NCBI GenBank assembly: GCA_036149055.1
Contig: JAYZQJ010000084.1
Span: 1-64,000 of the forward strand
Reading direction: 5' to 3'
DNA from: Myxococcota bacterium
Lineage (GTDB): Bacteria; Myxococcota_A; Polyangia; Polyangiales; Sandaracinaceae
Length of the DNA stretch: 64,000 nucleotides
The stretch's first letter is position 1. Each line of letters opens with the position of its first letter. A program made the translations under genes and the position numbers. The notes beneath the pieces were generated by a model. That model searched no databases and was not told the DNA's origin. It saw only the letters and a list, made by a program, of their open reading frames with translations. Below are positions 27,559 through 35,529 of the stretch, in pieces.

Positions 27559-27719
27559 AGGCCCGGCGGGCTCTCGATCTTGCAACGATCTCGAGCTCCG
27601 GGGCCACTACGGTCGAGCGAGGGTGCGCCAGCGTGTCACGATCTCCGACGGACGGATCCGGGGAGCGTGCCAGGGCATGCCGCGCTCGACGCAGGGGGCT
27701 GAGGGCCTAGGATGACCCG

Positions 27720-29105
27720 GTGAGCCTCCGTCGATCCGCGCCTGCGCTGTCCCTCGCCCTGCTCGCGCTCGCCGTGGGGTCCGCGAGAGGGGACGACGAG
27801 CAGGAGGCGCCCGAGATCCGCTACCGGGCGCGGACCGACGCGGCGCTCACCCACATGACGGTCGAGGCGTGCTTCCCGGGCGAGCCGCCGCGCTCGATCG
27901 GGCCCGGGATCGACCGCGCGGCCGGCGCGCTCGAAGACGCCCGCGCCTCGAACGGCGACGCGCTGCCGACGCGGCGCGGCCGGATCGACACCTCGAGCCT
28001 CTCGGCCGGCGACTGCGTGACCTACCGCGTCAACCTCGAGGAGGCGCGCCGGGCCTCGCGCTTCTCCCAGCGCCACGGGGTCGACTTCGTCAGCTCGCAG
28101 GGGGCGTGGCTCTGGCGACCGCGGCGCCGGGCCCCCCGCCTCGCGACGATCCGCTTCGATCTGCCCGACGGGGTCCGCGTCGGCGCGCCCTGGCCGCGCG
28201 AGGGCGACGGATACCGGCTCGACCGCTCCGCGTTCCGGCGTCCCGCGTTCGTCGCCTTCGGCCGCTTCGAGCCCCTGCGGGTCTCGGCGCGCGGCGTCGA
28301 CGTGGAGCTCGTGCGGCTCGGGGACGGCTGGCGCATGTCCCTCGAGGAGACCGAGGAGTGGCTGCGCCTCGCGATCGACGGAGTCTCCACCGTGCAAGGA
28401 AGGTTCCCGGTCTCGGAGCTGCTCGTGGTCTTCGCGCCGGGGGCCGGCGACGGCGTCGGCTTCGGCATGGTGCGCCGCGGCGGGGGCTGCTCGGTCGGCT
28501 TCATCGTCGGCCAGCGCTCCGACGCCGCGGACCTGCGCGAGAGCTGGGTGACCTGGCACGAGCTGTCGCACCTCCAGCTCCCGGCGATGGTGCAGTCCGA
28601 CGCGTGGCTCTACGAGGGGCTCGCCACCTACTATCAAGAGGTGTTGCCGGCGCGCGTGGGCGTGCAGACCGAGCGTGAGGCGTGGCGCGCGCTCCGGGAC
28701 GGCTTCCGGCGCGGCGCCCGGTTCCGGGAGCGCGACCCGCTCGAGACCGAGGCCGAGAACATGCACCGGACGCGCGCCTACCAGCGGGTCTACTGGGCCG
28801 GCACCGCGTTCGCGCTCGAGGCGGACGTCGCCCTGCGGGAGCGGGGATCGTCGCTGGACGAGGCGCTGCGGCGGGGCGCGCGGCGGTGGCGGGGCGACCC
28901 CGACGTGTGGCGGAGCGGGCGACTGACGGCGCTCCTCGACCGCCCCCTCGACTCCCCGCTCCTCGGGCCGCTGCGGGACGTCTTCGCCGAGCGGGTGACG
29001 TTTCCGGACACCGCGTCGCTGCTCGAGCGCCTCGGCGTCGGTCCGGGCGGGCGGCTCTCCGCCGCGCCCCTCTCCTCCGTGCGCGCCGCGATCATGTCGC
29101 GGTGA
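27720..29105 (+). CDS. Secreted gluzincin metallopeptidase (M61-like)
   Basis: Signal peptide; WHELSH + WLYEGLATYY; YQRVYWAG; SLDEALR. Confidence 0.8.
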   Translation: MSLRRSAPALSLALLALAVGSARGDDEQEAPEIRYRARTDAALTHMTVEACFPGEPPRSIGPGIDRAAGALEDARASNGDALPTRRGRIDTSSLSAGDCVTYRVNLEEARRASRFSQRHGVDFVSSQGAWLWRPRRRAPRLATIRFDLPDGVRVGAPWPREGDGYRLDRSAFRRPAFVAFGRFEPLRVSARGVDVELVRLGDGWRMSLEETEEWLRLAIDGVSTVQGRFPVSELLVVFAPGAGDGVGFGMVRRGGGCSVGFIVGQRSDAADLRESWVTWHELSHLQLPAMVQSDAWLYEGLATYYQEVLPARVGVQTEREAWRALRDGFRRGARFRERDPLETEAENMHRTRAYQRVYWAGTAFALEADVALRERGSSLDEALRRGARRWRGDPDVWRSGRLTALLDRPLDSPLLGPLRDVFAERVTFPDTASLLERLGVGPGGRLSAAPLSSVRAAIMSR

Positions 29106-29108
29106 GCG

Positions 29109-29483
29109 TCAGCCTCCGGTCTCGGCGGGCGCCTCTTCCTGGATGGCCGCCCAGCTGAGGCAGTAGCCGCCGGGCTGGACGGGGCCCGTGAAGACGTTGC
29201 AGCCACCGCAGGCGCCGTGCTGGTCGGCCACGTACTGCGCGCAGTTCCGGCAGAACTTGTCCGACTGGGGAGACTCGTCCACGTACTGCAGCGTGGTGCG
29301 AAGCTGCTGCGACTGCGCGTCGATCGGCGCGTCGCAGCCTTCTCCGCCGCCGCCGCCGGAGCTCTCTTCCTCATCACCACCGCATCCGGCGAGGGAGAGG
29401 AGTCCGACTGCCGAGAGTCCGCCGGCGCCGAGCACCCGAAGCGAGTGCCTCCGCCCGACCTTGTTCACGTTCGAATCTGCCAT
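29109..29483 (-). CDS. High-potential iron-sulfur protein (HiPIP), Tat lipoprotein
   Basis: GRRHSL twin-arginine, LAGC lipobox, LQYVDES..CRNCAQY..GCNVFTGPVQPGGYCLSW. Confidence 0.9.
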   Translation of the reverse strand: MADSNVNKVGRRHSLRVLGAGGLSAVGLLSLAGCGGDEEESSGGGGGEGCDAPIDAQSQQLRTTLQYVDESPQSDKFCRNCAQYVADQHGACGGCNVFTGPVQPGGYCLSWAAIQEEAPAETGG

Positions 29484-29643
29484 GGTCACCCCTGTGAGGT
29501 CATGCGTGTGGGCGGTCAAGATATCCCCGCCGCGTGAGTTTCAAGCCCGGCCGAAGCCGGGGGGCGATCGTCCCGCCCGCGTGATCGACCTGTCAAGAAC
29601 GCGGCCCGCAACCGTCGGGTGAGCGTCGCGATAGGGGGCTGCC

Positions 29644-29769
29644 ATGAACCCCGCAACCGTCGCTCTCGTCGAGGCTGGTCTGCGTGTCGGTGTGTTCTGC
29701 GCCGTCGCGATCTGCTCCGCTCTCGCTCTCGTCTTCTTCGTGCTCGTCGTCTGTGGCCGGCCCGCTTGA
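29644..29769 (+). CDS. Small 41-aa single-pass membrane peptide, below the ORF-track cutoff
   Basis: SD-like AGGGGG; MNPATVALVEAGLRVGVFCAVAICSALALVFFVLVVCGRPA*. Confidence 0.45.
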   Translation: MNPATVALVEAGLRVGVFCAVAICSALALVFFVLVVCGRPA

Positions 29770-29799
29770 CGCTGGAGGGCGCGGCCTCACGTGAGGGGC

Positions 29800-30588
29800 A
29801 TGAAGCTCGAGCTCGAATCGAAGCTGGCTCTCGTCACTGCATCGTCTGGTGGGATCGGGCAGGCCGTCGCGCAGGCGCTCGCCGCCGAGGGCGCCGAGGT
29901 GGTCGTCAATGGGCGATCGGAAGAGAGCGTCGCGCGGGCGATCGACGCGATCCGGGCGAACGTCGACCGCGCGAAGCTACGTCCCCTCGTGGCGGACAAC
30001 GGGACCGCAGAGGGCTGCGCCCGCACGATCCAGGCCTTCCCCGAGGTCGACATCCTGGTCAACAACCTCGGGATCTACGAAGCGGTCGGATTCTTCGACG
30101 AGAGTGACGACGACTGGCAACGCCTGTTCGAGGTCAACATCATGAGCGGCGTCCGCCTCGCCCGGCACTACCTGAAGGGCATGATCGAGCGCGAGCACGG
30201 TCGTGTCATCTTCGTCTCGAGCGAGTCCGGGATCATGCCGGCCCCCGAGATGGCGCACTACAGCGCCACGAAGACGATGCAGCTGGGCATCTCTCGGTCT
30301 CTCGCCGAGCTGACGCAGGGCACGGAGGTCACGGTCAACGCGGTGTTGCCGGGGCCGACCCGGACGGACAACGTCGAGGCGTTCATCGCCGACGTGTTTC
30401 CTGGCGATCCGCCCGAGGTCGCGCAGCGACGATTCATCGAGGAGAACCGGCCGACGTCGCTCATCCGGCGCCTGATCGATCCTTCGGAGATCGCGGACGT
30501 GGTCACGTTCCTCTGCAGCGCACGGTCCGCCGTCATCAACGGGAGCACCATCCGAGCGGAAGGCGGCCTCGTCCGGTCCGCGTTCTGA
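29800..30588 (+). CDS. SDR family oxidoreductase
   Basis: [29 protein letters not shown] (YxxxK), [15 protein letters not shown]. Confidence 0.92.
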   Translation: MKLELESKLALVTASSGGIGQAVAQALAAEGAEVVVNGRSEESVARAIDAIRANVDRAKLRPLVADNGTAEGCARTIQAFPEVDILVNNLGIYEAVGFFDESDDDWQRLFEVNIMSGVRLARHYLKGMIEREHGRVIFVSSESGIMPAPEMAHYSATKTMQLGISRSLAELTQGTEVTVNAVLPGPTRTDNVEAFIADVFPGDPPEVAQRRFIEENRPTSLIRRLIDPSEIADVVTFLCSARSAVINGSTIRAEGGLVRSAF

Positions 30589-30598
30589 CCGGCGTCGA

Positions 30599-31882
30599 CT
30601 ACGCGGCCGCCCCCACGTGAGGGTCCCGTCGCTGGTAGCGGGCGCGGGACTCCCGCGTGCCGCCGGCCCCTTTCACGTGGCGCAGCGCGATCTCGAGCGC
30701 TTCGTCTTCGGTCGTGTCCGCCCCCACGTGAGGGCTGGCTCGCTCCACCAGCTGCCGCGACTCGGACTCGCCGAATCCGCGCGCCTTCAAGAGCTGGAAC
30801 ACCCTCGTCAACGTCGTGCTCACGCGTGCCCCCACGTGAGGGGCGCCGTAGGACGTCCCATCGGCATGCATGAACGTGAAGCCCTCCGACCAGGTCCCCC
30901 GGATCACCAGGGTGCCCTCGTGCACGTAACCGTGGTGCGCCGAGCAGAGCATGATCAGCCGCTCCGGGTCGTGGTCGCCGCCCTCGGCCTGAGGATCGAC
31001 GTGGTGCACATGGCAGATGGTGTGCCTGCACCCCGGAACCGCGCAGACCCGGCCGTGTCGCCGGATCACCGCTCGACGAACCGCGGGCGGCACCTTCTGG
31101 CTCGCGCGATCGTAGTCTCCCGAGCCGTCCACCCGGCCGATGAGCTGCGCGTCGCACTCGGCCATCTCGACCGCGGCTTCCTCCACCGGCGTGCGCTCCC
31201 CGCCCGCGTCCTGCGTCGCCGCCCGGCAAGCCTCGCACACGGTCAGCGCGATCTGGTGCGGGCTCCGCGACCCGTCGGTCTCACCTCCCGCCAGCAGCGT
31301 GCCGGCGAGCAGCCGGACGAACGCGTCGTCGTCCAGGTGCCCGCCGCCGCTCTGATCTCTGGCGACGTCCCGCGCCTGCTTCAGCAACGCGTAGCTCGAC
31401 GCCGACAGCTCGAGAGTTACGCGCTTTCGCTCCACCTCGGGACGCGCCGGATCGCTGGGCCGGTCACCCACCGTGCGGCCGGACGTCATGCGCTCGACCT
31501 GATAGGCCGTCTTCCCGGCGGCGGCCTCGAGCCACTCCTCCTCGGTCTCCGCGTCGGCCACTCGCGTCAGCTCCCGCACCACCGAGAACACGAGCTCTCC
31601 GGCCGCGAAGGCCGCGTCGAGCTTCGGCAGGCTCTCCAGCTTGAGCGCCGTCCTCACCCGCTCCTCGGTCGCCCGCCCCGTGAAGCCGAACACGCGCAGC
31701 GCGTACTCGCGGAAGCTGCCGTACGCGTGGATGTCGTGCACCCGCAGCCGGAATCCGCACAGCAGCCACTGACACAGCTCGTGCTCGCTCGCGGCCCGGA
31801 GCTTCCCGAGCTCCCGCAGCGTCTGGTCCGCCTCATGCCGCGACGTATCGGTCGACGGCGCCCTGTTCAGGTATCCCCCCAT
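30599..31882 (-). CDS. DUF222-like/HNH endonuclease with a short C-terminal helical (RuvA_C-like) segment
   Basis: Helical N-region (LPKLDAAFAAGEL..VRELTRVA), VCEAC, VPPAVRRAV..CAVPGC..HVHHV..GGDH..LIMLCSAHHGYVHEG. Confidence 0.88.
   Translation of the reverse strand: MGGYLNRAPSTDTSRHEADQTLRELGKLRAASEHELCQWLLCGFRLRVHDIHAYGSFREYALRVFGFTGRATEERVRTALKLESLPKLDAAFAAGELVFSVVRELTRVADAETEEEWLEAAAGKTAYQVERMTSGRTVGDRPSDPARPEVERKRVTLELSASSYALLKQARDVARDQSGGGHLDDDAFVRLLAGTLLAGGETDGSRSPHQIALTVCEACRAATQDAGGERTPVEEAAVEMAECDAQLIGRVDGSGDYDRASQKVPPAVRRAVIRRHGRVCAVPGCRHTICHVHHVDPQAEGGDHDPERLIMLCSAHHGYVHEGTLVIRGTWSEGFTFMHADGTSYGAPHVGARVSTTLTRVFQLLKARGFGESESRQLVERASPHVGADTTEDEALEIALRHVKGAGGTRESRARYQRRDPHVGAAA
30609..30842. 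repeat. Three identical 15-bp near-palindromic direct repeats GCCCCCACGTGAGGG inside the 3' part of the HNH gene
   Basis: Copies at 30609-30623, 30720-30734 and 30828-30842 (spacing 111 and 108 bp); each encodes PHVGA. Confidence 0.9.
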
Positions 31883-31940
31883 GCGCTGTATGTAGCCGCA
31901 CGAGTTGCGGTATGCAAATGTAGGTGCCTGTCTGCGCTCT

Positions 31941-32315
31941 CTATGGGCTCGCGCCTCGCTCGGCTTCTGCGAGCCTCACGAGCTCTTCCGCCGCGCCGGA
32001 GCGCACCGGCTCGATCGACTCCCTCGCGAGGCGCCGCAGGATCCGCGTCGCGTTCGCCGTCTCGCCGAGCTCGAGGTAGCAGAGCGCGATGTTGAACCAG
32101 GCGGCGTCTCGCCGCAGCGGCGTCGAATAGAGCGGCATCGCGTGCTCATACAGCGCGATGAGCGCTCGCCAGTCCCGCGCATGATGCAGCGCCTCCGCCT
32201 CCTGCATCAGCTCGACGCGCGACATGGACGCAGGGAACCGAGCTGGACGGTGCGGCGGGGGCTTGGCGCACCCCGCCGCCAAGAGAAAGCAACACAGTAC
32301 GTGGCGGAGGATCAC
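31941..32315 (-). CDS. Small TPR-like lipoprotein
   Basis: LAAGC lipobox; AWFNIALCYLELGETANATRILRRL TPR-like helix pair; GTGA overlap with the upstream ORF. Confidence 0.6.
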   Translation of the reverse strand: MILRHVLCCFLLAAGCAKPPPHRPARFPASMSRVELMQEAEALHHARDWRALIALYEHAMPLYSTPLRRDAAWFNIALCYLELGETANATRILRRLARESIEPVRSGAAEELVRLAEAERGASP

Positions 32316-32569
32316 CGGGCGCGTGGATCGAAGAGGAAGCCGTAGTGATAGCCAGCGCGCGGTGGTCGCCGCCGAGCTCGAACGGGGACCTCGGAGTACT
32401 GGTCGTAGCGAGCGTCAGCGAACGGGTTGCGTCGGACCAGAATCCTCGGGATTCGCTCCAGCTCCGACACCAGAGTCGGCACGCACTGCTGGACGGATGC
32501 CACGTAGCTGTTGGGATCGAACTCGTCGTCGCCCTCGGGGGCAGGGGCGGCGATGATCGTGTAGGGCAC
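32312..32569 (-). CDS. Hypothetical 85-aa protein
   Basis: Coupled by a GTGA overlap to the TPR lipoprotein; preceded by a TTGACA-N17-CACCGT promoter-like sequence. Confidence 0.45.
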   Translation of the reverse strand: MPYTIIAAPAPEGDDEFDPNSYVASVQQCVPTLVSELERIPRILVRRNPFADARYDQYSEVPVRARRRPPRAGYHYGFLFDPRAR

Positions 32570-32574
32570 GCCAT

Positions 32575-32605
32575 ACGGTGCGCCGGTCGTTGACGGGTGT
32601 CAACG
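32575..32605 (-). promoter_or_regulatory. Sigma-70-like promoter overlapped by the palindrome CGTTGAC-N4-GTCAACG
   Basis: Minus strand TTGACA (32603-32598), 17 nt, CACCGT (32580-32575); perfect inverted repeat at 32588-32605. Confidence 0.5.
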
Positions 32606-32613
32606 CCAGGATC

Positions 32614-35529
32614 TCACCGGAACCGCAACGTCGTCTGCAGGAATAGGGTCCGGCCCGGCTGCGGGACGAACGGGATGCGGATGTCCTCGCCCGACGGGTG
32701 CGCGTACTGCCAGTCGAACAGGTTGCGGACGCCGACCGCGTAGCTGAGGCCGATGCTGCGGAACTCGCCGCTCAGGATCACGTCGGCCAGGAAGGCCGCG
32801 TCACCCTGGCCGAGATCGACATCGCCGCTCGGGCGCACGATCGCGCCGAGGCGCGGCCCCTCGAAGCGCAGCCGCATCGCCAGGATCATGTGCTCGGGGA
32901 TCAGCGGCGCCGCGCCCCGGAACCCCACCAGGTGCTCCGGCGAGTTCGGCACGCGGTTCTCCTCGCGGTTCGAGAAGAGGTCTCCGACCCGCGTGCGCTG
33001 GTAGCTGTACTGGAGGCTGATCATCCAGCCCTGGCGCCACTCGCGACGCAGCTCCGCCTCGGCGCCCAGCGTCTGCACGACCTCGGGGCTGTTCGTGTAC
33101 CGGAAGACGTCCTCCCCCGGAACCGTCTCCGTCGTGATCGCGTCGTCGATGTAGTTGTAGAAGACGCTCGCGATCGCGCTGAGCTCCTCCTCGATGCGCT
33201 GGGTGAACTCCAGCTCGCCCGTCCAGATGCGCTCGGGCGAGAGCGAGTCGGGGGCCACCTGCGAGACCCCGCCGTCGTTGTAGCGGAGCTCGTACACGCT
33301 CGGCGCCCGGAACGCGCTGCCGCCGATGAGCTTGAAGATGCCCGTCTCCCAGGGCCGCACCACCACCGCCGCGCGCGGGCTGAACGCGCCGTCCGAGAAC
33401 GTCGAGACGAAGTCGTAGCGGCCGCCGATCTGCACCGACAGCTCGTCGATGAAGCGCGCGTCGGCCACCGCGTAGCCGCCCAGCACGAAGAACCGTGGCG
33501 TCTCGTCGAGGTATCGGCCGTCCGCGTCGCTCTCGCTCGTCAGGTCCGCCACCAGCGAACCGCGGGCCTCCGCGCCGACCGTGAAGCTCAGCCACTCGAG
33601 CGGCCGCAGCATCAGCCGACCCTCGCCGCCCACCCAGTATCCGAGCCACCGGTCTCGCACCACGCCGGTCTCGAGCATGTCGGGCGGCGTGCCCTCCGGG
33701 TCGTACGCGAAGTCCCCCTCGTACTCGTAGTAGTCCAGGAACGTGCGCGCCGAGATCGCGACCTCGTCCGAGAACCGCGGCTCCCACCGCAGCTCCACGA
33801 ACCCGCGGCTGTCGGTGCTCTGGGTGCGCGGATCGGCGACGAGCGTGTCGAACGCGCCGGTCGGGACCTGCTTGCGGCGGCGGTGCCAGTATCCCTCGAG
33901 CGTGAAGTCCCCGGCCCAGGCGCGCGCCATGCCCGTCGCCGCGTAGAAGCCGTCCGCGCCCCGGATGGTTCCGTCCGGCTCCATCGTCAGGGCCGGCGCG
34001 TGGATGTCCTCGCCCTGCGAGTAGAGCCCGCTCGCGCTCGCCCAGAACCCGACGTCGCGCTCGAGCCGGGTCCCGCCGCCGACCCGGAGGCGCGCCATGC
34101 GGATCCCCTCGGTCGCGATCGACGCGTGCGGAGGCATCAGCGTGTCGCGGTCCCGGCTGACCAGGTTGATCACGCCCAGGAACGCGTTGGTGCCGTAGAG
34201 CGCCGATCCGGGGCCGCGCACGACCTCGATGCGCTCGATGTCCATCAGGTCGCTGCGGGCGTCGTAGCCGACGTAGCTCGACCCCAGCAGGTCGTCGTTC
34301 ATCACGTGACCGTCGGTCAGGACGAGCAGCCGGTTGCCGTAGTCCTGCGGCTGGCTGAACCCCCGGAACCCGAGCGACGCGTAGGTGCGGTCGTTCGTCT
34401 GGTAGACGCCGCGCAGCCCCCCGAGCGCGTCCCAGACCGTCTGGAACCCGAACGCGCGCAGCTCCTCCTGGGGGATGATGGTCACGCTGGCCGGCGCGTC
34501 GAACACGCTCTCCGTCTGACGTGACGCGGCCGTGACCTCCTGCTGGAGCCGGAGCCGCACGTCCACGCTCGTCTGCTGGTTGGGGGCGACCTCGACCGTC
34601 TCCTCGAAGGCGCGGAAGCCCGAGCGGCTGATCCGCACCGTGTGCGTGCCCGCCGGGACGTCGTCGAGCACCGCCGGGGTGAAGCCCACCGCGTTGCCGT
34701 CGAGCTCGATCAGCGCGCCGCGCTCCTGCACGTCGACGAGCACGGTGCCGGTCTCCAGGTCGAGCTCGATCGAGCGCCGGACCGTCTCTCGCGCGGCCAC
34801 GTCGACCTCGATGCGCGCCGTCTGGTGGCCGTCCGCGCTGACGATCAGGGTGTGAGCCCCCGGCACGATCTCCACCGCGCCCGGAACCGTGCCCACCGGA
34901 TCGCTCTCCGGATCGTCGACCCGGACCTCCGCCCCCGCCGGCCCGCCGACGAGCTGCACCGTGGCCAGGATCGGCGTCAGCGACAGCTCCACCGTCCGCT
35001 CCACGCCGCGGGAGGCGGTGACCTCCATCGCCGCCTCCTCGTAGCCCTCGCGCTGCAGGATCACCCGGTATCCGCCGGGCTCGACCGCGAGGGTCCGCGG
35101 GGTCTGGCCGCGGGCCCCGAGATCCTCCCGGTTCAGGTAGATCGTGGCTCCGGGCGGATCCGAGTCGATCCGGATCAGCGCGACCCGCCGCCGGATCCGG
35201 GCCAGCGCCTGCTCCGCCGCCTGCCGGTCGGCCTCCTCGAGCTCCTCGGCCGCGTAGTCCGCGTAGTACCGGTACGCCTGATCGTAGCGCCCCAGCTCCT
35301 CGAAGCAGGCCGCGATGTTGAAGACGACGTTCTTGTTGTAGGCGAGCCGGTTGCTGAGCAGGTAGTGCTCGAGGGCCCCCGCGCAGTCGCCGCGCTGCTG
35401 CCGCTCGACGCCCCGCTCGAAGTGCAGGTCCGCCTCGGCGGCCAGGTCGAGGCGCGCGTCGCGCTGGGCGTGCGCCGTGGAGGCCGCGAAGACGAGCGCG
35501 GCCGCGAGAAGAGAAGGGAGTCGGTTCAC
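32614..35529 (-). CDS. TonB-dependent receptor with an N-terminal TPR and three PEGA domains
   Basis: AHA|Q signal; TPR FNIAACFEELGRY; PEGA SDPPGATIYL..GQTP; plug VTAASR..DAPASVTII..IERIEVVRGPGSALYG..GVINL; barrel ending NLFD..PGRTLFLQTTLRFR. Confidence 0.92.
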   Translation of the reverse strand: MNRLPSLLAAALVFAASTAHAQRDARLDLAAEADLHFERGVERQQRGDCAGALEHYLLSNRLAYNKNVVFNIAACFEELGRYDQAYRYYADYAAEELEEADRQAAEQALARIRRRVALIRIDSDPPGATIYLNREDLGARGQTPRTLAVEPGGYRVILQREGYEEAAMEVTASRGVERTVELSLTPILATVQLVGGPAGAEVRVDDPESDPVGTVPGAVEIVPGAHTLIVSADGHQTARIEVDVAARETVRRSIELDLETGTVLVDVQERGALIELDGNAVGFTPAVLDDVPAGTHTVRISRSGFRAFEETVEVAPNQQTSVDVRLRLQQEVTAASRQTESVFDAPASVTIIPQEELRAFGFQTVWDALGGLRGVYQTNDRTYASLGFRGFSQPQDYGNRLLVLTDGHVMNDDLLGSSYVGYDARSDLMDIERIEVVRGPGSALYGTNAFLGVINLVSRDRDTLMPPHASIATEGIRMARLRVGGGTRLERDVGFWASASGLYSQGEDIHAPALTMEPDGTIRGADGFYAATGMARAWAGDFTLEGYWHRRRKQVPTGAFDTLVADPRTQSTDSRGFVELRWEPRFSDEVAISARTFLDYYEYEGDFAYDPEGTPPDMLETGVVRDRWLGYWVGGEGRLMLRPLEWLSFTVGAEARGSLVADLTSESDADGRYLDETPRFFVLGGYAVADARFIDELSVQIGGRYDFVSTFSDGAFSPRAAVVVRPWETGIFKLIGGSAFRAPSVYELRYNDGGVSQVAPDSLSPERIWTGELEFTQRIEEELSAIASVFYNYIDDAITTETVPGEDVFRYTNSPEVVQTLGAEAELRREWRQGWMISLQYSYQRTRVGDLFSNREENRVPNSPEHLVGFRGAAPLIPEHMILAMRLRFEGPRLGAIVRPSGDVDLGQGDAAFLADVILSGEFRSIGLSYAVGVRNLFDWQYAHPSGEDIRIPFVPQPGRTLFLQTTLRFR

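Noticed and set aside
30609..30842. Three repeats with unique spacers as a CRISPR array
   Set aside because: Repeats are 15 bp with 93-96 bp spacers, in frame inside a CDS, and there are no cas genes; reported as a different kind of repeat instead
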